A program made the position numbers and the translations under genes. Shown piece by piece: positions 22,801-32,317 of a stretch of DNA of 32,317 nt. The stretch is from positions 1 through 32,317 of the forward strand of contig LWCA01000325.1 in assembly GCA_001642005.1 (NCBI GenBank). Reading direction: 5' to 3'. A model generated the notes under the pieces. The model made no database searches. It saw only the letters and a program-made list of their open reading frames with translations, and had not been told where the DNA came from. This DNA comes from Intoshia linei (Eukaryota > Animalia > Orthonectida). How positions within the stretch are numbered: the first letter of the stretch is position 1; each line of letters begins with the position of its first letter.

Positions 22801-25800
22801 TCTTTGTTTTATTAATGAACATTGTTCACTGAAATCAAAATAATTACAGGTCTTACAATGCACTGCCTGGAAATTATTATTTTTAAACATTATTAATCTC
22901 AATGGACATTAAAAGGCACCACATCGAAAAAAATTTGAAAGCACATCCAAATTTAAAAATATCGACTTATTAAATACATAACTATTTTTATACCTATTAT
23001 AATCATGAGTGACCATCAGTACATGTTTCTGCATGTTGTATAAATATATGCTCTTTTCATTAATATTGGCAGCATAATGAGGAATATCAAAATTGAGACT
23101 AAGCCAATAATGAATTTCTCTAAATATTTTGACCAGCATTTTATCAAAATTAATATCAATTAGAACAGACAACTTAGGGTTCCTTTTCATTAATGGCATA
23201 TCAAAGTATTTTTGCGGATTATTATCAATATATTCATTCCATTCAACATACATTTTTCGAATATAATCATCGAGCGTAATAATAAGATTATGATATTGTT
23301 GTTTTACTTCATTCGCAATTGGAGTGACTGGCAAAAAGTAAGCTCGATCAATCATCATATTAGTCTTTTGTATTCTATTTTTGAGCATTTTAATCCAACA
23401 AGCCTTTCCCGAATAGAAGGGAAACTCATAATTTGTACATGTAATACTTTGCCCAATTTCTTTTTTAACATCATTCAATTCAGTATTAAAAAATTTCATT
23501 ATAAGCATAGTATTCTTGTCTATAACTCGACGTATGGATTCTCGCTCATATAAATGAGTATACAAGTCAATAATTTCAATTCCTTCTTGAACAGTATTCA
23601 CCGTCATAAATGCCTTTTTTAAGCAATTTTGCATAATTATTTCAATGTCTTTTATTCCGTTGTGAAAAAGATTGTATTGGTTATTCCATTCGGAATTTTT
23701 CACATCAAGCATGGTATGCTTATATAAGTACAATGTTTTTAAAAGATCGTCAAATTGGACTTGAATATCCATAAGACTATTTTTAATTGATTCATTATTT
23801 TTACCACCAAAATTTGGGATTTTAGTTTGTTCGCCATCTTCATATCGGCCGAAATGTACTTGACAGTCACATATCTAAATTTATAATTTATATGAAATTA
23901 ATAAAGATACCTCCAACAAATCGGAACACCTTTGTAAATATGCTTCCATTTGAGCAAATATACTTATTCTGTCCAAGTTCCAAGCTACCTCAGAAAATTC
24001 AATGTGCAATTTTTCCGTTTGAGAGTATAAATTCATCCAGTTTTTACAACATTTTATTGCTTCATTTAAACTTTTCTTTGATTTTGAAACATGACCAGAG
24101 AAGAATAAATTCAAGTCAATCGATTCAGTACATTTTTTTATAATTTCATTGCTTAACTAGAATTACAATTAATAATTTGAAATAATGTATAAATAATAAA
24201 TATGAAATAAAAATGAAAAAATAAATTTCTTCCTTTACCTTCCGAAATATTCCGGTCAATCTTTCTTTAGATTTGTAGTGTTCAGAATTCACCCAAATTA
24301 CTCGAATTGTATTTATTATTTTCGGTAATATTTTGTGAATATTTACAGGATCTGTTTCACTCAATTCTATACATGGGTCCTTTAGCAAACTGAGAAATTT
24401 TAAATTATTTGCTGCTTGACTAGATCCAGCCTAAATATTGAGTCATTTATTTGTATTAAAATTTACTTTTATTTCATGAGCCAATTTGTAAAAAGATTTC
24501 GTGTATGTAGATTTGGTTTTATCCAAAATTTTGCAAATTTTTACTACACCGGGTTTATCCAATTGCCGGGAGATGCCAGATAAATCATTGCATCGATTTT
24601 TCCAAAATTCAATCTCTTCTAATGGACTATTATCTTTTGTTTGCAATGCATCTTGAGCCGATATTGCCTCTTTTATTTGTCTTGTCCAATGTATAATTCC
24701 GTAGGCTATAATTATCATTTTATCAAAATTAAAATATATGATAATCCCTTTTGAACGATCCAGCAGATAGTTATCGTAAAAATTCACCACTTTTAAAGGA
24801 AAAAAATTGAAATATAGAGCTATGAGATGGTTTTTTTTAATTGCCCAATTTTAACGTATACGCGGTAGGGTTACGAGGGATTTTGACTGAATATTGAGTA
24901 TAATAATTTACATTCTATCCTTGAAATTAACTCCTTATCCAAAACAGCCTTTTCCTCGTCTAAGTGTTCCGCTTCTACTGGTACATACAACACTGTTTTA
25001 CCAACTTGTTTCCATCTGTGATCCGACAAAGTTGCCATAAATTTATGAAGTTGCGAAGCAAATGCATTTTTTATATCTAAATAATGAATGAATTTTTTAA
25101 TATATCATAATTGTTAAGTAAGGGTGGTCAATCAGCAATATTATATCATAAACTGTTTTATTCGAATATTCTTAAAGGAGAGCCGAACCTACTGTACACT
25201 GAGACCAATATTCGGGGCCTCGAAGAAATTTTTGTACAACATAAACTTCGTTTTTCCAAATTGAGCATTTAATAAAATGAAAATTTTGATTATCATTATT
25301 TTCAGTTTCAAATTTAATCTATCAATTCAAGACTGAACTACACACCGCGGAGAGGTGGTTAGAGTACGATATGACATTACGCGTCATTTTGGAAGTTTTT
25401 TCTAGGGCCTATTTTTTATTTTACGTAACCTCTAGAATGTTAGGTTCGGCTATATCTCAAACTTTACTAAATAGTACTATATACGTCTTTTTTATCTTTT
25501 TCTTGTGCCTCTCTCTTATGAGGACAGACAATGACAATAAGTCTATACATTAAATTACGTTGACACTTATAAATTTAGTACCCTTAAAAATTTTGTGCTT
25601 TTATTGGATTACACAGGTTTCATAAATGCATATTGCAGTTAACCTTTTGAATCTCCCCTGTCTAAATGATGATTTTTAAGCTTACTATCCGGCCAAACAG
25701 AATTTTTATGGAATGTTGGAGCATAAACATTATTCATTAATCGCAATAAACTGGTTATTCCACTTCCATTAACCATACCAAATGTCAATTGTTTGAGGAT

Positions 25801-27237
25801 TTCAGAAGAAGAAATGACATTTTCAATTCCACTTGATACTTTTGCAAAATAATAAAATTGACTGACTTCATATCTTGGAACATCGTATTGCACGGTAAGA
25901 CCGTTCAAAGTGTCCATGAAAATTATTAGCACATATTTTTCTTTATTCACCAAATATTCATTTATTATATTTCCGTGGCTTTCGTCCCACATGTGATATC
26001 TGTACTGACTTAATATCACCTTTTTCTTGATCCAGTTTACCTTAATTATAACATTAGTATTAGTAAAAATATTAGCTAAAAATATATATATTATTTCCTG
26101 TAGGTCACTTAAATTGAAATATTAAAAACTACTACAAAATTAATTGAAGAAGGTTACCGAAGGGTATTGAAAATTAATTAATAATTAATAAAAAATTACA
26201 GCTGATACAGTTATGTCCAGTTAACACAATAAAACAGTTTCAATCTAACAAAATGACGCCTTCACGATCAAAAAGGCACTTAAGTAGTTATTTTTTTATT
26301 TGGAACCTATTTTATTAACATCAATTAACAAAAAATTTTGAATAATTAACGGTCCTAAAATTAAAAAAATGTATTCTGATACAGCTTATTCCATTTAATA
26401 TAAATGCAAAATTTCAACCCCAGACATCTACTCCTTCCCAATGGCAATAGCTTTTAATATATTATCAACCAACATTTTTCAAAGTTTTGGATTAAAATTA
26501 AAAACGAAAATGTAAATATTGATCCTACAATTTAAAAAAAAATGGGAATTGACGGTATTAACATTTGAAATACAAAAATATGAGTTTCAATCTCATAAAT
26601 TGATTCCCTCAAATTTTTTATCATTGCTATGTAGTTTCTTATTTTCAAAAAATTTCAAGTTTATAATAAGATGCAATAGAACTTTGTTACAATCATATTG
26701 AGATATCAATGTTGGAAACATTCACCCGACATATGTTTTTAAATATGCTGACTTCTTTATTTATTGATACAAAATATTTTTTACTTACTTATTATATTAT
26801 TTTAATATTATGGAAAGTAGTTACTGAATTGATAATAATTTTTTGTTGATTGATATTTTATATCAGCTTTTACACCCTCCTCTCCCCAAATTGGGAAACA
26901 CTGGTTTAAATATATCCATGAATAATTGAATAATCTGAACAAGACAAATTATTAATCCTATATTAATTTTCATGAAAATCGTGATAAAAACGAAATTTAT
27001 TAAATTAATCATGATAAAAAAATATAGATTAAAACTGATATAGATACAATTAATTGATATTATTATTTAAATTTTAAATACATTAAAAATTAAAAAAAGG
27101 TACCATATATACAAAATCTTCACTATCGAAATCGATATTTTCCGATTCATGTATACTCGAATCTAATATTAACAATTAAATTACTATAAAATACCCAAAT
27201 TACATTCTATATTTTGTGAATTTGTAACTGATGGCAT
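7879..27237 (-). CDS. DNAH2: Axonemal inner-arm dynein heavy chain 2 (I1/f beta), about 4459 aa. 23 inferred exons: 27204-27237, 27104-27162, 25686-26040, 24912-25076, 24467-24705, 24239-24430, 23911-24156, 22994-23874, 21671-22125, 21369-21481, 21189-21320, 20930-21141, 20006-20864, 15849-19358, 14276-15158, 14071-14238, 13872-14032, 13522-13661, 13347-13479, 13162-13301, 8424-12348, 8230-8304, 7879-8181
   Basis: Tail (IIHWTRQIKE, PLEEIEFW), linker (FPRFYFLSNEDLLEIL), AAA1 GPAGTGKT and CFDEFNR, AAA2 GSSMSGKS, AAA3 GPTGTGKT, AAA4 GIGGSGRQS, stalk/MTBD, AAA5-6. The C-terminus CPCYYYPNRAG...WIKRGTALLLSLD is DNAH2-type. The exons sum to 13380 nt in a consistent frame with GT-AG joins. The first two small exons are less certain. 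Confidence 0.95.
12648..13081. mobile_element. hAT (Charlie/Buster-type) MITE in a DNAH2 intron, containing a nested fragment of the AGAGCYGAACCTA family near 12795
   Basis: AGTGGTTCTCAACCT ... AGGTTGAGAAACCATG. Flanks GTCAAATA and GTCATATA look like a decayed 8-bp TSD. Confidence 0.7.
15332..15688. mobile_element. MITE with ~85-bp imperfect inverted ends (AGAGCYGAACCTA family)
   Basis: Left GCTGAATCTA...TTTTTGTAAAATAAGAGCCTCATTTTTCCAAATTGAGCAT versus right-end reverse complement GCCGAATCAA...TTTTTGTAAAATGGTCCCTCATTTTCCCAAATTCAACAT. Confidence 0.75.
25178..25454. mobile_element. hAT-like MITE (AGAGCYGAACCTA family)
   Basis: Perfect TIR core AGCCGAACCTA / TAGGTTCGGCT. Flanks TCTTAAAG and TCTCAAAC match 6/8, consistent with an 8-bp TSD. 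Left arm is homologous to copies at 12795, 15332 and 28149. Confidence 0.75.
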
Positions 27238-27391
27238 AATAAATTTATAAAATAGAATTTAAAAATGTTTTGATTTGTTTATATTTAGAAAATTTTAAAG
27301 TGTACCGCAAATATTTTATCTAGGCAATACAAAACAAATGGTATCTATTTGTAATTGAAAATTTTGTATACATTTTTAATCATATTTATAT
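27238..27391. promoter_or_regulatory. Compact bidirectional promoter between DNAH2 and TSNAXIP1 with a candidate RFX X-box
   Basis: 154 bp between divergent ATGs. The central TTTATCTAGGCAAT (27315-27328) reads ATTGCCTAGATAAA on the - strand, one mismatch from RYYNYY-WW-RRNRAC. Forkhead-like TGTTTAT at 27276. Confidence 0.55.
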
Positions 27392-30300
27392 ATGACTGGT
27401 TTTAAAGATAACATATTTAAAAAAACTACATCTTCAAATAATAATATTAAAGTATTATTAAATTATGAAACCTTAAATAATAATCATTATAGAATGAAAA
27501 AGAAATTAACACTATTGATCGTTGGCCAAACACGGACAGAAAACCTAAATTTTTATCTGAAGTTGAAAAATGGTTAAAAAACGAAGTTGAACTGTTGCAA
27601 ATAAATTTACCCAAAAGAGCTCTATCTTATAAAAATTATAAAGAAAGTTATAAATCCATGTTGCAACCATACCAAGAAGCTTTTGATTACATTATTAATA
27701 ATTTAACTACCTATAAACCCATTTTAAGTGAAATCAAACTAGCGTATGATCGAGAGTATAACAAATTAATTGACTGTTTGAAGGAATTTGAACCGTTAAG
27801 GGTTTATTAGTTTTATGTGGGGTTTATTTAATTTTAGAAAAATATTTTTGAAACTCAAGAACACTTTGATCAAAAATTAAAAAAAATTAGAATTAAAGAT
27901 AATGTAGGTAAATTTTTTTGTTTTTTCCAATTATTGTTTCCTTGTTTAGATATTGAAATAATGAAAAAAGAAAAGATTGAATTGTTAAGAGTAATGGATA
28001 TTTTAAGAGGGGAAAATGAATCTTTTGCAGTACAAATTATGCAATTTAAAAAAGAATTAAAAGAAAATTATAGAAAATTTAACGTAATATATTTGGATGA
28101 GTGTAGTCACTGCAGTGCAGTGCATTTATGCATTTTATTGAATGTGTGCAGAGCTGAACCTACCGTAACGACCTATGTTGGGACCTCGAATCAATTTTTG
28201 AGATTTTCAAAATTAGAGTTACATTGTAGCTACAAATAACTATTGTATTATGTGCGTAAAAATGAACATTTAAGTCCAAAATTTGGACTCCAAACCCGTG
28301 CACGCGTTTGGGTTATCCGATATTACACATTGTTTGTGTAATTTTTTTGAGAGCTAATTTTGGATTAGATTTGATTTGATGGAAAAATAAAACCTACGGT
28401 TTACTATTTTATTAAGTCCATCATTAACTAATGCTATTTTATATTATGATATTTTTTAGATTGATAAGCATTATTTTAAATAGCAAACACATACAAGTGC
28501 TTTTTCAACATCAAACTTCTGATTTCCGATTTTTACAGTTATATCTAGTAAACGCACACAAAAAATTTTAATCTGTCAAAGTGAGGCCTTGATAGTCAAA
28601 AAACACTTGAGTTTAATTTTATTTTAAACATTTTATTAAAAAAAATTTAAATTGGTGTTAATCATGATTGACATCATAAATTCAAACATCATTAACCCTT
28701 TCACTGTCTGTGTATTCTATACTATACACAGCAATTTCACTTAACACGTCTGTATTCTATGATATACACAACATAATTATCTATAGAAACAAAATAAAAG
28801 CTTATGATGTATTATGTATACATAAAATAAAGTTATATTTTAAATTTATCCTAAAATTTTTGTATGAATTTCAATAATTACATTAGGAGGGGGTAAATAT
28901 TAACCCATTTTATTTTTTTGGACATAAATGCTTTAAATCAAAAAAGGTACCCACATGCAAAATGGGTTTTCTTATACAAAAAACATCAAAAGTGGACACA
29001 CTACTGTGTTTTTTCGATTATAACAAGTTTTCCTATATTCGAAAGTAGAAGGGAAAATGCTTATAATCAAAAACAAGCAGAATTTTATGCAGACCTTGAA
29101 AAATATAAAAATACACTAAAATTTTTTTTCTAATTAGTATAAACTTTTAAATTAGACATTCTATTATATGAAGGAAGTTATTTTTTAGAAATAAATTGAA
29201 ATTTTGTCTATTTTTTGTTTAAAGTTCTTTATTTCGGATACAAGCAGAAACTGCTTATATTCAAATTTTATTTAGTTAAAAATTTCACTAAAAATTTGTA
29301 TTTTAGGGGTCTGCTTATAATCGAGAAAAGACAGTAGAGTCCATACATACTGTTATCTCCATTTCATACACACAAAAAATCCTAGTTATATGAGTTATAT
29401 ATTAGCACTAAAGTTTGGGCTCTGCATGCATAGCATATTTAAAAAACTAATAAAAAACCCATAGGACGTGAACGACTCTAGAAAACTATTAATTATCGAG
29501 ATAAATGACTTGAAAAACCAACAAAACGATTTAGAAATAGCTCAAAACATAACAAAACAAATTAAAAGCGATTCGAGCCAGGATCCAGTAACATTAGCAG
29601 TTGAATTGAAATGTCTACGAAGAGACGAAGCTAGAACCCGTCAAGAACTTATAGAAATGCAAGCAAATTACAGCGACGTTGTGTCTCGTCGAATCTACGA
29701 ATCTATAAAAAATGAATGCGATGAAACTAAAGAAAAATTTAAAACAATTTCGAGTGAATTGAAAAAACTAACCAACGAACAAAGCATTTTAAAACAAGAA
29801 TATGAAAAAATAATAATAGAAAGAGATGAATTACGTCAATCTGAAGAACATTTAAAACGATCAGCTACACCTAGACCAAACTGGGATAATTTGGTTGGTA
29901 AAGAATTTAAAGGTGGACTAAAAAAGTGGAAAAAATATTCTAATAAAAAAACATCCAATGACAAGTTAAAATTAATTTTACAAAATTTTTCATACAATTT
30001 GTTTCCATTCAATTTTCATAAACCAATTTATAAAAATACCGATAATGAAAATAAAATTTTTTCACCATTCAATAATAAATCTGCAGATAAAAACAATACA
30101 AATAGTGATAAATATGATGTATATTTACAAATTGATAAAAATTATTGGGACGTATTGTGTAATTTTGGAATTGACAGTTTTGATGCAAATTTTAATGAAA
30201 TGAATAATGCTAAATTACAACTTAGTCAAGACGCGTCTCCAAAAAAAACTTTGGCGGGTCAAAATAAAAAACCAAAGACACTTTCTAGACAATTGACTAG

Positions 30301-31882
30301 TGTAGAATCTAAATTTACTGAAAATGATAAATTTTTAACTGATTGTGATGTTTTAATCTTAAAACGCAAAATGTCTCTCAACGAAGTAAGCCTTTTGGCT
30401 TATAGGTTCTGGATTGATAGGTTTGTTTTTTTATTCAGAGTTTCAATTCAATTCATTAATTTAAATTTAAACAATGAACATAAAATCTAAACATAGTATA
30501 TATAAAGCATCAACAGGTATTAGTTATAATAATATTATTAATAAGATGATCAAGAAAAACGAGATGAACATTTTTAAAACTAATTATTTAGCTCATATAA
30601 TCTCACTTAGCTCCTCAATAAATTATTAGATATGTATGTGGTTTATTAGCCATACAATACAATTTTAGAGAAATGTTTTACAATGGAGATAAAAAATACA
30701 ACTGCATCACTAAATCCTATGAAAATAATTTGGAGATGGTTTCAAATACAGAAAAAATAATGCCACTACTATCAATTGTTCATGATAAATCATCTGAATA
30801 TAGACCAGATCGTTATTTTAAAAATTTCTTGATGCGAATATATAGAAATGAACTTGAAAGTTATGAACAAGCTTACAATTTCTATCAAGCAATAAGTCAA
30901 GATTATAAACACATTTCTTTTCTCAAAGAAACGTTTGATATTCTTTCTTATAAAATGGACGAACGTTTGTTTTGGAATAGTCAAATTATATTTGAAAAAT
31001 TACGCAAAGAAGCATATGATTTGGCTACTAAAAATATACTTGATCCAGACTATATTTCAAGTGTTGAACAAGCTAGTCAGGCAGATATGATTAACACTTA
31101 TAGTTTTACCAAAGAAGATATTACGACTATACTTGCCACTGTTTTTGAAAATATTGGTGAAAACGTTGTACAGGAAATTCTAGACACTATTTTTGTAGAC
31201 AATGCACTTGAATATGATAAAAATGAAACTGTAAATAAAATTGTAAGTTTATATTTACAAAATTTAAAGTTAAATGTTTGTGGAAATAAATGCTTCTAGC
31301 ATATATTTCACATTCTGTATTTGGAAAATATAAACAATTCCATGATTTACAACATTCATAGTTAATTAAGGTTGACTAATTAACTTACTAAGGTGTGATT
31401 TTAGTTTTCCACGACCCTGATAAAGAACTCGTAGGACCTATCCCATTTGTATAATTTCTGAATTTGTTTTATAATTATAATTTAAATATTTTAGCTTGGA
31501 AAAGAAATAAATAACGAAATGTATTATTTTCATACCCTATTTCCTAAAGCCATGGTTTTATCTCATCATGATTTTCACCAATCTGTAACAAAATATATTA
31601 TTCAAGTAAGGCATCAATTAGTAGATGATACTTTGGAAAGTATTCAATATGATGAGTAATTATACTTAATAATACTTTTAAAATAAAATTAGGGAAGGAA
31701 TCATAAATCCTGATGACTTGAAAAGAACATTAATGTTGACTAATCCAGGAATAACTCCCAGAGAAACAAATCGGTTAATTAGATGGGTATTTGAAGAAAA
31801 TAAAGAGTTGGAAACATCAGTAGTGTCAAACAAATTGAAGAATTATGATATAAAACTATATCCACACAAATTGGAATTGTAA
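27392..31882 (+). CDS. TSNAXIP1: Translin-associated factor X-interacting protein 1-like, about 817 aa. Inferred exons: 27392-27451, 27493-27801, 27838-27907, 27950-28083, 29465-30420, 30669-31242, 31495-31655, 31693-31882
   Basis: Motifs KPKFLSEVEKWLKNE, LQPYQEAFDYIINNLTTYKPILSEIKLAYD, SRKLLIIEINDL, QDPVTL, MQANYSDVVSRR and SATPRPNW are characteristic of TSNAXIP1. Coiled-coil N-half; GT-AG joins keep frame to TAA at 31880-31882. Confidence 0.85.
28692..28915. mobile_element. piggyBac-like terminus fragment
   Basis: TTAA-CCCTTTCACTG start, two subterminal copies of TGTATTCTAT(ACT/GAT)ATACACA, and the near-palindrome GGGTAAATATTAACCC. No partner end found. Confidence 0.4.
29004..29334. mobile_element. 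Tc1/mariner-superfamily (Tc2/pogo-type) MITE with TA TSD
   Basis: TA-CTGTGTTTTTTCGATTATAA ... TTATAATCGAGAAAAGACAG-TA. Internal repeats of TGCTTATAATC and CAAGCAG. Confidence 0.75.
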
Positions 31883-32317
31883 AATTTATTAAATTAATTG
31901 CATCGTAATTTGTTTGAATGATGCACAGCCTGTCTGAATAAATTTTAGATGAAAAAAATTGTAGGTCTACAAATTATACATTTTCTGAACCGGTACACTT
32001 TCTGGATTATTTTAAAAAAAAATTAAAAAATTCTTAGTTGGCTTTTTTTAAATGAAAGAAATGTAAAATTGGAAATTTTATATTTAAAGCTTTTGATAAA
32101 AACTTCATTAAAATTTAAATTTTCAAATTCGAAATTCAAAAAACTATTCATCCCATTTTTTGCACATTCTTGTATTTTTATCTATTTATAAACATGCCCA
32201 GATGTGTTTGTACACATGAGGATTATAGAAAAAGGATATGCATAGTGTGCAATGCATACTATGCTTCAGTAAAACTAAAAAAATGGAGTTGTGTTATCAG
32301 AATGTATGGGATTTAAT

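Larger units (their letters stand above)
28149..29424. mobile_element. Composite element filling TSNAXIP1 intron 4; outer ends belong to the AGAGCYGAACCTA family
   Basis: CAGAGCTGAACCTAC at 28149 and AAGTTTGGGCTCTG ending at 29424. TSD poorly conserved. Confidence 0.5.

Noticed and set aside
25371-26701. Short ORFs 25371-25553 and 26519-26701
   Set aside because: They lie in DNAH2 introns (the first crosses a MITE end) and give low-complexity AT-driven translations.
7879-27237. Dynein as several genes or as a frameshifted pseudogene
   Set aside because: Every break is bridged by a GT-AG intron in the correct phase, giving one continuous frame of about 4459 aa.
28918-29133. 71-aa ORF in the TSNAXIP1 intron
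   Set aside because: Crosses a MITE terminus, starts at TTG and has no domain.

Overview
AT-rich animal genomic DNA with many very short (36-48 nt) GT-AG introns. The compact structure fits a reduced parasite genome such as an orthonectid, but that taxon is only an inference. Three spliced protein genes were reconstructed by hand: the 3' part of dishevelled (PDZ, DEP and C-terminus; + strand, 195-3543), a complete axonemal inner-arm dynein heavy chain DNAH2 (- strand, 23 exons, about 4459 aa, 7879-27237), and a TSNAXIP1-like gene (+ strand, 27392-31882) head-to-head with DNAH2 across 154 bp. The main unannotated signal is at 6674-7056. What looks like a 162/163-bp tandem duplication is, on the - strand, a tightly packed cluster of five miniature box C/D snoRNAs (SNORD46/snR63-like, SNORD80/snR60-like x2, U24-like x2). 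Their guides match conserved 28S rRNA methylation sites and their spacers are only 9-19 nt, implying a polycistronic precursor. A candidate 5'TOP/TCT start and an E-box lie upstream. The window also holds an internally deleted pogo/Tigger transposon, a retropepsin relic next to a single-N assembly gap, and several nested MITE families in the long introns. All coordinates and homologies were read by eye and recalled from memory; no searches were run.
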